A stretch of 64,000 nt of DNA from Bryobacterales bacterium (GTDB taxonomy: Bacteria; Acidobacteriota; Terriglobia; Bryobacterales; UBA6623): contig CBDCCP010000002.1 in assembly GCA_965214915.1 (NCBI GenBank), positions 766,054 through 830,053 of the forward strand, read 5' to 3'. Under the pieces are notes generated by a model that was not told the DNA's origin, did no database searches, and saw only the letters and a list, made by a program, of their open reading frames with translations. Positions 38,137-47,760 of this stretch are shown here, piece by piece; within the stretch, counting starts at the first letter, position 1, and the number at the start of each line of letters is the position of its first letter. Made by a program: the position numbers and the translations under genes.

Positions 38137-39617
38137 AAGCGCCTCGCTGCTTCGATTTCGTTCATGCGGCGGCGCAGCGCCCGGTCGAGCCGCTCGACGG
38201 CCTTTCGCACTTTCGGCCGCGGGTCGTCTATCAGATTGCGCTGCTCTCCCGGATCGCTGCTCAAATGATAGAGCTCGTCCATGCCCTCCCTGCTGTCGCG
38301 CACGAGCTTCCATTCCCGGGTGCGCCACATGCGTTGATCCGCCTTCTCGACGTGTTTCTGATTGTATTCGGCATAGAACGCCGTTCGCCACGGGATGCGT
38401 TTTTGCTCGAGCAGCGGCAGAAAGTTCTTGCCGCGGATCGGCGCGCCTTCCGGCAATGCCGCGCCGGCCATGGCCAGCAGAGTCGGAAACCAATCGACAT
38501 TCAGCACGATCTCATCGACTGTCAACCCTGCGCGCAGGCGTTGCGGCCAGCGAACGACCGCCGGAGTCCGCAGGGAGTGGTCGTACATGTTGGCGCGCGG
38601 ACCTCGATTGTCGGTCAGCAGCCAACGCCCGTTGCCCTTGTGCCAGAGTCCATGATGGCTCAGGTTGTAGCCGTGATCGCTACTGAAGACGACGACCGTA
38701 TTATCCGCCGTCCCCGTCTCGTCGAGAACGTCCAAGATGCGGCCTACGTTGCGGTCGACGCTCGCCACCGACGCCAGATATTCGCGCATCATGCGCTTGG
38801 CCCGCGGAATATCGAGCTTGGGGTAGTCGGCCTGAGGCAGTATCGGGTCGAGGCCGCGGAACGGCTTCCAGTCCGCGGCGCTCAACGGCAGCCAGGTTCG
38901 GTCGCCGTCGGGCGTTCTGTTCGCGGTATTGGCGTGCGGCGCCCAGTAGTGAACGTTGACCAGGAAGGGATGTTTTCCGTCCCGTGAGCGAATGAAGCGA
39001 ATCGCCTCGTCGGTCAGAATGTCGGGCGTGTATCCGCGGATGACCTTGACCGCTCCGTCGGATTCCACCTTGGGATCTTTGGAAATGCCCGCTCCGTTGC
39101 GAAAGCCGTAAAACCGGTCGTAGCCGTTGCGCGTGGGCAGATGCTCATCGCGAGAGCCGAGATGCCACTTGCCGATGAACAACGTTTCGTACCCGGCGGC
39201 CTGCAAGATCTTCGGCCACGTCGGAATCGCGGGATCGAGGCCGTTATCGGGTTCGGCGCCCGCATTGAGATAATCGGTGATGCCCAGTTCGGAGCCGTAG
39301 CGACCGGTCATCAAGCCCGCCCGCGACGGGCTGCAAACAGGGGTTGTCGTGAAAGCGTTCGTAAACGCCGCGCCTTCCCTGTAGAGGCGGTCGATGTTCG
39401 GCGTGCGCGCCTGGTTGTTGCCCAAGGCGCCGATGGTCCAGGCGGCCTGATCGTCGGCGTACAGAAAGACGATATTCGGCCGCGGGGCGGCCGCTCCTGT
39501 TATCGCCGTGCTGAGCAGCGCAAGACAGAGATGGCGTTTCGCGGACAACGCTCCCCATTGTACGACAGAGGCCTTCAAATTGAAACCGAATCCGGCGATA
39601 GTGAAATGCGGTTTCAT
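38133..39617 (-). CDS. Formylglycine-type sulfatase
   Basis: PNIVFLYADDQ. Active-site TTPVCSPSRAGLMTG. Typical sulfatase C-terminal region. Confidence 0.9.
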   Translation of the reverse strand: MKPHFTIAGFGFNLKASVVQWGALSAKRHLCLALLSTAITGAAAPRPNIVFLYADDQAAWTIGALGNNQARTPNIDRLYREGAAFTNAFTTTPVCSPSRAGLMTGRYGSELGITDYLNAGAEPDNGLDPAIPTWPKILQAAGYETLFIGKWHLGSRDEHLPTRNGYDRFYGFRNGAGISKDPKVESDGAVKVIRGYTPDILTDEAIRFIRSRDGKHPFLVNVHYWAPHANTANRTPDGDRTWLPLSAADWKPFRGLDPILPQADYPKLDIPRAKRMMREYLASVASVDRNVGRILDVLDETGTADNTVVVFSSDHGYNLSHHGLWHKGNGRWLLTDNRGPRANMYDHSLRTPAVVRWPQRLRAGLTVDEIVLNVDWFPTLLAMAGAALPEGAPIRGKNFLPLLEQKRIPWRTAFYAEYNQKHVEKADQRMWRTREWKLVRDSREGMDELYHLSSDPGEQRNLIDDPRPKVRKAVERLDRALRRRMNEIEAARRL

Positions 39618-39644
39618 ATATCGTTACTGCCGGTTCCGATTTAG

Positions 39645-41534
39645 CTAGAACTCCGCAAGCGCCTTTTGGGCGAGGGCGGCAGCTTGCGGGTAGTCGCCGG
39701 CGGCGGCCGCCTGGTAATGTCGGCGCGCCGCCTCCGCGTCTCCGGCCGCTTTGTAGAGTCCGGCGAGATTGTAATGCACGGTTCCTAGGCCGGGGTCGAT
39801 TTCGAGCGCTTTTTCGTAGATTGCCGCCGCTTCGTCGAAGCGGCGGAGAGATACGAGAACCGCGCCGAGGTTGCCGTAGGCGTCGGCATATCGCGGATCG
39901 ACCCCGATAGCGGTCTGGAGTTGCCGCTCGGCCTCCTCCACTTCGCCCTTGTTGGCCAACGCGACGGCAAGATTGTTGTATGAGGGGCCGTGGCCGGGAT
40001 CCGCCCGGATGGCCTTGCGGTAGTAGGCGACGGCGTTCTCGATATCCCCCTTGAGGTTCCAGGCCACTCCAAGGTTGTGCAGAATGAAAACGGACGGCGG
40101 CGACTTGGCCGCCGCCGCCGTTTCGAAGTGCTCGACAGCCCGCTCGACCTCACCGGACTGGAGATAGCGGTAGCCCAGATCGACGCGTCGAGGCAGATCG
40201 TCCGGATCGACTTCGAGTTGTTTCTTGAGACCGGCGATTTGAGCCGCGGCCTCTTTCGTCTGGAACTTCTCGGCCAGAATTTTACGCTCGGCGGCTGTTG
40301 CAGGCAGCACTTGAAGCCAGAGATCGCCCATCTCCTGAGAGGTTTTCCAGCCGTAGGTCACGCGCTGTGGGGGCCGGCTCGGATTGCGGGGGTTGCCGGC
40401 GGAATTGTCGTAGCGGAAGCGCGTAAACAGCACGCTCCCCTTGGGCAGGAATACCGGTTGTTTATAACGGTATTCATCCTGCCAGTCGAAGCTCCAGTCG
40501 TCGATTCGCAACAGGGGCCGGCGCGGCCCGTCGGGCAGCATGGCCCATGCCTCGATCGATTTACCCAGGTAGTGGGCGTGGGCGTACACGTTCAGGACCT
40601 CGACAGCGACGGGCAAAACGAAAGAGTCTTCGGTGCGATAGTTCTGCTCGCCTGCCGGGATGTCGATCGTGTTTTTTCCCAACCTCAGAATGAAGGGCTT
40701 GCGGGACGGCGCTCGATCGGTGAAATAAAGTCCCAGCGCCGCCCGGATCGTTTCCGGCTTGCCGGTCGGAACCATGTGCAGTTCGAGCACCAGGTCCGTC
40801 CCGGGCTCCAACGTCCAGGCCATGTCCGGCGGACGGAGAACCGGTTGCTTGCCCGGCGTCCAGCCGATCCAGTGCCCTTCGGGATCGAACACGGCATCGA
40901 GCGCCATGCCGCCGTCGAATCCCGCTTCGGCGGTCAACGCATCTTGCGCCCGCGAGCGCCCGGAGCGGTCCAGCAACATCCGCGCGTGGTGTACCAGACG
41001 GGCGTTTCCGGGCCGGAATTCGAATCCGCGCACGAAGCGGCGCTTGGCGCCCGGGATGGGGATCACGAAGTTGTGGAAGACATCGGGGCCGTCGGCGGGC
41101 ACGGAGAACGCTTCGGTCATTGCGACGATGAGGTCGGGCGCGCCGAGGCGCCAGCCCGCGGGCCAAGCCGGTTGCGGCGGCAGATCGGCCGGATCGCCTG
41201 CCGCCAAGTCGCCGTCGAGCCAGGCGAGAAGAGTGCGGCGCTCCGCGGGCGTCAGACTGCGGTCGCCGGCGAACTCTCCGTGCCCCGCCGCGGGCGGCCA
41301 AGGCGGCATGTAGCCGCTGCGTACGACGGCTTGGATCGACTTCGACCGCTTGGCGACGTCCCGATAGCTCAGCAGCGGGAAGGGGCCGGCCTCGCCGGGC
41401 CGGTGGCAGCCGGCGCAGCGCTTCCAGACGATGCGCGCAATGTCTCGATTGAACGTCGGCTCGGCGGCCGCCGACTGTGCCGTGAACGCTAGGGCTGCAA
41501 GCGAGAAACCGGCGCAAAGGCCCTTCACAGCCAT
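39645..41534 (-). CDS. Secreted CxxCH protein with PHM/DBH-like (copper monooxygenase-like) beta-sandwich region and C-terminal TPR repeats
   Basis: The signal peptide begins at MAVKGL (41534). FNRDIARIVWKRCAGCHRPGEAGPFPLLSY is a haem-binding-type motif. The central region has HH/H-rich strands (FHNFVIPIPG..RFVRGFEFRPGNARLVHHARM, NVYAHAHYLGK). The last ~200 aa are TPR units. Confidence 0.65.
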   Translation of the reverse strand: MAVKGLCAGFSLAALAFTAQSAAAEPTFNRDIARIVWKRCAGCHRPGEAGPFPLLSYRDVAKRSKSIQAVVRSGYMPPWPPAAGHGEFAGDRSLTPAERRTLLAWLDGDLAAGDPADLPPQPAWPAGWRLGAPDLIVAMTEAFSVPADGPDVFHNFVIPIPGAKRRFVRGFEFRPGNARLVHHARMLLDRSGRSRAQDALTAEAGFDGGMALDAVFDPEGHWIGWTPGKQPVLRPPDMAWTLEPGTDLVLELHMVPTGKPETIRAALGLYFTDRAPSRKPFILRLGKNTIDIPAGEQNYRTEDSFVLPVAVEVLNVYAHAHYLGKSIEAWAMLPDGPRRPLLRIDDWSFDWQDEYRYKQPVFLPKGSVLFTRFRYDNSAGNPRNPSRPPQRVTYGWKTSQEMGDLWLQVLPATAAERKILAEKFQTKEAAAQIAGLKKQLEVDPDDLPRRVDLGYRYLQSGEVERAVEHFETAAAAKSPPSVFILHNLGVAWNLKGDIENAVAYYRKAIRADPGHGPSYNNLAVALANKGEVEEAERQLQTAIGVDPRYADAYGNLGAVLVSLRRFDEAAAIYEKALEIDPGLGTVHYNLAGLYKAAGDAEAARRHYQAAAAGDYPQAAALAQKALAEF

Positions 41535-41623
41535 AATTCTAGCTTGGGGTTCTTGGCGCCGACGCAACCGGCCGACCCGAAACCGGACCGGCCGTGTTGC
41601 GCCCCGAAGGATCGGATCGAGAA

Positions 41624-44600
41624 CTAGAACTCGAACCGCAGGCTGAATTGCGTTTCGCGGCCCGGTCTGGTGGATGTGACGCGCCCGAAGCCTCCGCGAA
41701 TGGCGTCGGAGCCTCCGCCGCGCGTGTTCGTATCGACGCCGCCGAAATTGGTGTGGTTCAGGGCGTTGAACAAATCGACCCGGATCTGCACCCGCATGCC
41801 TTCTTCGTTGAGCTTGAGACTCTTGGAGAGGGACATGTTGACCGTCCAGGCGCCTGGGCCGTAGATCGAACGCCGCCCCAGCGTACCCGGGCGAATCGTG
41901 CGGTTGCCGCGCACATTGCGCGGCACGTTCTGAAAAGCATCCGGGTTCAGGTACTGGTAGCGGCCGTTCGTCGCGGTGCGGTTATCGCTGCGGACCGCCG
42001 CCGCGTGGCTGCTGCCGATGAAGTCGGGATACGCACCCGGCCCGCTGGAGCCTTGACGGATGAGCAGCGGATTGCCGGTCTCGGCGGTCAACAGGCCGCC
42101 GATCTGCCAACCTTCGACGAGCAGACGCCGCGCCGCGCTTCCTTGCCCCCGGAATGGCAACTCGTAGATCCAGTCCGTCACGAAGCGGTGGCGGATATGG
42201 AACGGCGTCGGCGCGTGATTGAGCGTCAGGTTGGTCAGATCCTGAGGCTCTTCGCCGCCGCCGCAGCAGGTATAGTCGCCGCGGAAATACGAAGTGTTGC
42301 TGCCGTAGGTGTAGTTGAAGTTCGCCTGCAAGTTGGCTGAGAGCCGCTTCTTCAACGACGTTTGCAGACTGTGGTAGGCGCTGTTGTCGGCGCTTTGGTA
42401 GTAGCGGAACTGGCGGGCGAAGTTGGTTACCGGGAGTTGACCCGTTTGGCGGTCGTTGCGGTTGAAGCCGGGGCTGTAGATGAGCTTCACGCCGCGGTTG
42501 GCGACATAGGCGATGTCGAAGACCAACGTGTCGGTCAACTGCCGTTGAATGCCGTACGACCATTGCAGGCTGTAGGAGTTTTCCCAATTCGGGTCGACGG
42601 CCGAGCCGGTGACGATATCGCTGGCGGCGACCAGCGGCAGAACCTGTTCGCGCGTCGCCCCGTAATTGACTCCGAACTGCTGCAGTTGCGAGCGGTCGAG
42701 ACTTGCCTGCGTGGGGGTTGTCAGGTCGTTGCGCACCAGCTCGACCGGCCCCGAGAACAGATTGAACGGGATGTAGAACACGCCGAAGCCGCCGCGGATC
42801 ACGGTTTTGTCGTCCAGCGAGTAGGCGAAACCGAAGCGCGGCGACCACATGTTGTAATGCTCTTTCCACACGTCTTCCGCAGGCAGGAACGGGCCGAACG
42901 GGCCGTCGCGGTTAAAGAATCGTCCGTCGCGTTCGACCGGAACGGTTCCGTAGTCCCAGCGCAAGCCCATATTGACCGTCAGCCTCTGGGACACGCGGAT
43001 GTCGTCCTGCACGAACACGCCGAAGAAATTGCGGCGGATTTCGAACTCGCTCAAGCCGAAGTTGAAGAACGCCGATTCCGGGTTGTTGTCCAACGCATCC
43101 TGCAGGGTGTTGTACGAGAACCGCGGCGTGTCGGCGAGGATGCGGCGGGCGAAATGAACGCGGAAAAGGCCGCCGAACTTCAGCGAGTGCCTGCCTTTAG
43201 TCTTGGCGAAGTTCTGCTCGAAGGTGGTCGTGGAGCCGGTTTTGCTGAACTGCCGCGCCTGCCCGGCGTCGGGCAGTCCCGCGCCCAATACCTTGGCCAC
43301 GTTCAATGTCAGCAATTGATCGACGCGGTGCATGTCCGAGCGGTTGTAGCCGAAACGCGATTCGGTCGTCATGGTGGGGCTGAGCACGCGGTTGAAGGTG
43401 GAAGCCACGTTTTCGTTCAGGCCGTCGTGGGTGCGCGGATTGCCCCTGGCCAGCCTGGGCGTGAGTTGAAAGGGGCGTCCGCGGGTGTAGCGCACCGTCA
43501 GCAGAGAATTGGCGTCTATCTGGTAGTCGCCGCGAACAACCAAGTGGTTGTCCTGGTTCTGTTTCGCCCCGGAGCCGCTGAAGAAAGCGCGCGCGTCGTC
43601 GGGATTCGCCGGAGCTTCGGTCGGCACGTACCAAGCCTCCCAATAGGGTCTCGATTCGGGAATGGCCGCCCCGATTTCCTCGCGGAACTTCACCGAGGGC
43701 ACGAATCCCGTCAGCGGTCTTTGCTCGTTGAGACGGTAGCCCTCGAACGCTCCGAACAGGAAGACCTTGTTCTTGACGATGGGGCCGCCGAGCGAGCCTC
43801 CGTACTGGTGGTACACCCTGGAGGTCTTGCGCGCCAGGATATGGTTGTTGGCGTTCAGGCCGCCGGATTGATACTGCTCGAACAGGCTGCCGTGCAGATC
43901 GTTCGTTCCGCCCTTGGTGATGATGTTGAAGTTGCCGGCGACGGTCTGGCCGATTTCTGCGGAGAAGATGTTCTTCGAGATCTCGACTTCCTGCACGGCC
44001 TCCAGGCTGACGCCCTTGATGAAGTTGAAGTTCTGATAGAGCGAAATCGACGGGAATTCGGAATCGGGGGCGGCGTCCACGCCGTCCACGGAGAAGGAGA
44101 AGCCGCGCGGCGGCAGGCCGTTGATCGATACCGTCGTTCCGTCCCCGGCGGACAAGCCCGTGCCGTTCTGCAAGATTCCCGTGATATCGCGGCGCAAAAG
44201 CGGGAGCTCGTGGACCTGATCGCTGTTGAGGTTGACGTCTTGCTCGGCGCTGACCGTGTTGAGCAGCGGCGCTTCCGCGGAAACATTCACCGTCTCGGTC
44301 GTCACGCCGAGCTCGAGCGTGAAGGTGACATCCACCTTTTGGCCCGAAGACAACTGCAGGCCCGTTTGCTCATAGCTCTTGAAGCCCTCCGAAGAAACCA
44401 ACGCCGTATAGCTGCCGACCGTGACAAACGGTATGGTCACCTCGCCGCGTTCGTTGCTGACGGCCTCTTTGGTAAAGCCGGTATTGTCGTTAACCAAAGT
44501 AACTTGGGCGCCCGGGATCAGAGCGCCGGACGGATCTTGCACGCGGCCGTAGAGCGTAGCGGTGGTGACTTGCGCGAAGCTCGGCGCAACCAGCGCCGCC

Positions 44601-44656
44601 GCCGTCAGCGCGATGAATGCGGCCCGCAAAAAGCCGCGCGGCGTGATGTCTCTCAT
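41624..44656 (-). CDS. TonB-dependent outer-membrane receptor with carboxypeptidase-regulatory-like N-terminal domain
   Basis: Signal peptide. ATLYGRVQDPSGALIPGAQVTLVNDNTGF...GEVTIPFVTVGSYTALVSSEGF. Plug and barrel. Terminal LRFEF. Confidence 0.9.
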   Translation of the reverse strand: MRDITPRGFLRAAFIALTAAALVAPSFAQVTTATLYGRVQDPSGALIPGAQVTLVNDNTGFTKEAVSNERGEVTIPFVTVGSYTALVSSEGFKSYEQTGLQLSSGQKVDVTFTLELGVTTETVNVSAEAPLLNTVSAEQDVNLNSDQVHELPLLRRDITGILQNGTGLSAGDGTTVSINGLPPRGFSFSVDGVDAAPDSEFPSISLYQNFNFIKGVSLEAVQEVEISKNIFSAEIGQTVAGNFNIITKGGTNDLHGSLFEQYQSGGLNANNHILARKTSRVYHQYGGSLGGPIVKNKVFLFGAFEGYRLNEQRPLTGFVPSVKFREEIGAAIPESRPYWEAWYVPTEAPANPDDARAFFSGSGAKQNQDNHLVVRGDYQIDANSLLTVRYTRGRPFQLTPRLARGNPRTHDGLNENVASTFNRVLSPTMTTESRFGYNRSDMHRVDQLLTLNVAKVLGAGLPDAGQARQFSKTGSTTTFEQNFAKTKGRHSLKFGGLFRVHFARRILADTPRFSYNTLQDALDNNPESAFFNFGLSEFEIRRNFFGVFVQDDIRVSQRLTVNMGLRWDYGTVPVERDGRFFNRDGPFGPFLPAEDVWKEHYNMWSPRFGFAYSLDDKTVIRGGFGVFYIPFNLFSGPVELVRNDLTTPTQASLDRSQLQQFGVNYGATREQVLPLVAASDIVTGSAVDPNWENSYSLQWSYGIQRQLTDTLVFDIAYVANRGVKLIYSPGFNRNDRQTGQLPVTNFARQFRYYQSADNSAYHSLQTSLKKRLSANLQANFNYTYGSNTSYFRGDYTCCGGGEEPQDLTNLTLNHAPTPFHIRHRFVTDWIYELPFRGQGSAARRLLVEGWQIGGLLTAETGNPLLIRQGSSGPGAYPDFIGSSHAAAVRSDNRTATNGRYQYLNPDAFQNVPRNVRGNRTIRPGTLGRRSIYGPGAWTVNMSLSKSLKLNEEGMRVQIRVDLFNALNHTNFGGVDTNTRGGGSDAIRGGFGRVTSTRPGRETQFSLRFEF

Positions 44657-44768
44657 TCGATTCTCTCCTTCGGAAATGGATTCAAGGTTTTGCGGCTCTG
44701 CTCTACAACGGGGCTTGGTGAGCCGGCGTGACCATAAAATAGCCCTTGTCTCGAATGGATGTCAAGGG

Positions 44769-44790
44769 AATATGAAACCGGTTTCATATT
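44769..44790. promoter_or_regulatory. Perfect 22-bp palindrome AATATGAAACCGGTTTCATATT in the TBDR/IclR divergent intergenic region; candidate IclR operator
   Basis: Read directly from the sequence. It lies 80 nt upstream of the IclR ATG and 113 nt upstream of the TBDR ATG on the other strand. Confidence 0.5.
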
Positions 44791-44869
44791 ATTTTGAGAC
44801 CCGCCTTGGCGGCGCGCGGCATGCGCTGTGTTCTCATGAAGGGAGGGAAACGGCCGGCGAATCGGTTCG

Positions 44870-45646
44870 ATGAAAAAAAAAGCGCCGATCAAGGAGCCTT
44901 ATACGTCTCAGGCCGTGCTGCGCGCGCTCAAAATGCTCGAGGCCCTGGGGCAGTCGCAGGAAGCTCAATCGTTGCAGTCGCTTTGCGAGCGGCTCGGCTT
45001 GGCCAAGGCGTCGGCGTTCCGGCTGATGCATACCTTGGAGGAGGTCGGATACGTCGGCAAGGATGCTTCCGGCGGGTATTTCGCCGTCGGTCGCGGGTCG
45101 CTGCAGTCCGCCCGCTACCGCCGTCAACTGCCCGAAGCGGCGAGTCCCGAGATGCTTCGCCTGCGCCGGCGGTTTCGCGAAACGGTCAGCTTGGCGGCGC
45201 TCTTCGACAATCACGTAGAAGTCGTCGAAGTCTTTGAAAGCCCGGAGTTTATGCGCATGAGCAACACCGTGGGACGCATCCTGCCGCCGCACGCCAGCTC
45301 GCTCGGCAAGGCCATCGCCGCATTTCAAAGCGAGCAGCGGCGCGAGACGCTGGTGCGCAGCTACGGAATCTACCGCTATACCGCGAAGACCATCGTCGAT
45401 GAGAGCCGCTTGCAGCAGGAATTCGAAGAAATTCGGCGTCGGGGCCACGCAATCGATGCGGAAGAAAACACTATGGGCGGCCGTTGCCGCGGCGTGCCGC
45501 TGCTCGATGGGTCGGGCACGGCCTTCGCGGCATTGAGCGTCTCCATGCCGATCAGCCGCCACAAGACCGAGAGCATGCAGCAGCGCATTGTCGAAGCGCT
45601 CAAGGAAAGCGCCGAAAATATCGTCCGCGAGTTCGGCATGACTTAG
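44870..45646 (+). CDS. IclR-family transcriptional regulator
   Basis: N-terminal wHTH region (VLRALKMLEALG...QSLCERLGLAKASAFRLMHTLEEVGYV) and C-terminal IclR effector domain (..LPPHASSLGKAIAAF.., AIDAEENTMG..C..VPL). Confidence 0.9.
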   Translation: MKKKAPIKEPYTSQAVLRALKMLEALGQSQEAQSLQSLCERLGLAKASAFRLMHTLEEVGYVGKDASGGYFAVGRGSLQSARYRRQLPEAASPEMLRLRRRFRETVSLAALFDNHVEVVEVFESPEFMRMSNTVGRILPPHASSLGKAIAAFQSEQRRETLVRSYGIYRYTAKTIVDESRLQQEFEEIRRRGHAIDAEENTMGGRCRGVPLLDGSGTAFAALSVSMPISRHKTESMQQRIVEALKESAENIVREFGMT

Positions 45647-45701
45647 GCAAGCGCTCGACTGCAAGCGTCAATGCCGAGAACCTCTGAAAAATGAAACTTT
45701 T

Positions 45702-46685
45702 GTGCTAAAATGGAACTCTTCGAAATTCCATGCGCGCCGCCGCCTACTTTCCGCGTCTGACGCCCCGCGTTCAACACTGGAATTCCAAGTGAATAACGGC
45801 CGGGTAACATTTCTTTCGGCGCTCTTGACTCCCACTGCCGCCGGGGGGACGCTTGACCTGGACGCCTTGAGCCGGAATATCGAGTTCGTGATCGACGCCG
45901 GGGTCGACGGCGTCTGCGTGAACGGCGCCACCGGTGAGTATCCTCGTTTTACATCCTTGGAAAGGCGGGCGGTTGCCGAGAACGCGGGGGCGGTTCTGCA
46001 AGGCCGCGGTCGATTGGTCGTCGGCATCGGCGCCCCGACGCTCGACGAGTCGGTCGCCCTCGGCCGGCACGCTCTCGACCGCGGGGCGGACGCTCTGCTG
46101 CTGCCCCCGCCTCATTTTTTCCTGTACGAGCCGCAAGATGTCGCCTCTTTCTATTACGAGGCGGCGTCGCGCCTGGACGGTTCGATTCTGATCTACAACC
46201 TCCCGGCGTTTACGAGTCCCGTGACTCCCGAGTGCATTGCGCGGCTGGCCGCTGCTGCGCCCAACATTATCGGCGCGAAGGACAGCAGCGGAAGTCTTGA
46301 ATCTCTGGCCGCGCTCGAAAAGCAGCAGGCGGAGGTTCGCTGGATAGGCTATGACTCGAAAATCTCAGAGGCTTTGTCCTCAGGCGTAGCGAACGGCCTG
46401 ATTTCCGGCATTGCCGGCGTGTTCCCGGAAATCGTCGGCGCCCTGGTGAGCGCCCATCGAGCCGGCAATGACCCTGCGGCCGCCGGCGCGGTTCTGCTCG
46501 AGATCATCGAGCGCATCGAAACTCTCCCGGTTCCTTGGGGCTTGAAGCTGCTGGCGCAGCGCCGCGGCCTCGGAGAGGCGCATTTTGCCTTGCCGGTCTC
46601 GAACGGCCGGCGGCAAGAGTTGACCGTCTTGCAAGAATGGTTCGAGCGCTGGTCCGCCGGCCGGCGCCTGTTGCCGGTCGCATGA
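45702..46685 (+). CDS. Dihydrodipicolinate synthase / N-acetylneuraminate lyase family (class I aldolase)
   Basis: GVDGVCVNGATGEYPRFTSLER. Schiff-base lysine context IIGAKDSSG. The real start may be GTG 45789 (VNNGRVTFLSALLTP). Confidence 0.8.
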   Translation: MLKWNSSKFHARRRLLSASDAPRSTLEFQVNNGRVTFLSALLTPTAAGGTLDLDALSRNIEFVIDAGVDGVCVNGATGEYPRFTSLERRAVAENAGAVLQGRGRLVVGIGAPTLDESVALGRHALDRGADALLLPPPHFFLYEPQDVASFYYEAASRLDGSILIYNLPAFTSPVTPECIARLAAAAPNIIGAKDSSGSLESLAALEKQQAEVRWIGYDSKISEALSSGVANGLISGIAGVFPEIVGALVSAHRAGNDPAAAGAVLLEIIERIETLPVPWGLKLLAQRRGLGEAHFALPVSNGRRQELTVLQEWFERWSAGRRLLPVA

Positions 46686-46695
46686 GGAGGCGACG

Positions 46696-47760
46696 ATGAG
46701 CCCCACCACACGCCGTCAATTTTTGCGCAGCGGCGCCGCGCCGGCGGCCATGTCCGCCGCCGCTGCCTACAGCCCGCCCGCCCGCCCGGCCATCGACTGC
46801 CAAAGCCATCTTTTCGTCCCCGAGCTGGTCGAGATGATGGCCAAGAGGAAAGTCCCGCCGTACTCCTATAAGCAAGACGGCAACGTTTACGTCGTCACGG
46901 GGCCGCCGGGCGAATGGCGCCGCCGGCTGCGGGACAAGCACATGGACGCGGCGGCCAAACTGGCCGACATGGACGAAGCCGGGATCGAAAGGACGATGGT
47001 CAGCATCAACGATCCGGGGCCGGAAACATTCGGAACGGACGGCCCGGCCGCCGCGCGCATTTGCAACGACTGGATCGCCGATCTCGGCCAGCGCTACCCC
47101 GGCAGATTTTCCGGTCTCGCCGTGCTGCCGCTGCAAGACATGAACGCGGCGCTCAAGGAACTCGACCGCTGCGTCGGCAAGCTGGGCATGAAGGGCATCC
47201 TGCTCTATTCGAATCTCGCCGGAAAGTTTCCCGACGAAGAAGAGTTCCGGGAGTTGTTCGCGGAGGCGGAGCGCCGGGATATTCCGATTCTGCTGCATCC
47301 CGCGCACCCGGTGACGTTCGACGAAACCGAGGGTCACGGCATGACGGCGGGGCTGGGGTTGATGTTCGACACCACCATCGCGCTGGCCCGCATCATCCTG
47401 GCGGGAATCCTGGAGCGGCATCCGCGGCTGAAGCTCGTTTGCCCGCACGCGGGCGGCGCCTTGCCGTACCTGATCGGCCGCATCGATCACCAGACCCAGG
47501 TTCTCAAGCGCGGCGCCGAGCACATCGCCAAGCCTCCGAGCGAATACCTGCGGCAGGTCTATCTCGATGCGGTCTCGCCCATTCCCCTGGCGATCCGCTA
47601 CGGCATCGACTATGTCGGCGTTGAGCGCATGCTCTATTCGAGCGATCATCCCTGGGTAGATCCGAAAACCATCGCCGCGCACATCCAGAGCCTGGGGCTG
47701 CCGCCCGAGGACGAGGCGAAGATTTTCGGCGGGAACGCGGAGAGATTGTTCAACCTATGA
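46696..47760 (+). CDS. Amidohydrolase-2 (ACMSD-like metal-dependent hydrolase/decarboxylase) family protein with Tat signal
   Basis: TRRQFLRSGAAPAAMSAAAA leader, IDCQSHLF (metal-binding HxH-type start), ILLHPAHP, CPHAGGALPY, YSSDHPW. Confidence 0.8.
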   Translation: MSPTTRRQFLRSGAAPAAMSAAAAYSPPARPAIDCQSHLFVPELVEMMAKRKVPPYSYKQDGNVYVVTGPPGEWRRRLRDKHMDAAAKLADMDEAGIERTMVSINDPGPETFGTDGPAAARICNDWIADLGQRYPGRFSGLAVLPLQDMNAALKELDRCVGKLGMKGILLYSNLAGKFPDEEEFRELFAEAERRDIPILLHPAHPVTFDETEGHGMTAGLGLMFDTTIALARIILAGILERHPRLKLVCPHAGGALPYLIGRIDHQTQVLKRGAEHIAKPPSEYLRQVYLDAVSPIPLAIRYGIDYVGVERMLYSSDHPWVDPKTIAAHIQSLGLPPEDEAKIFGGNAERLFNL

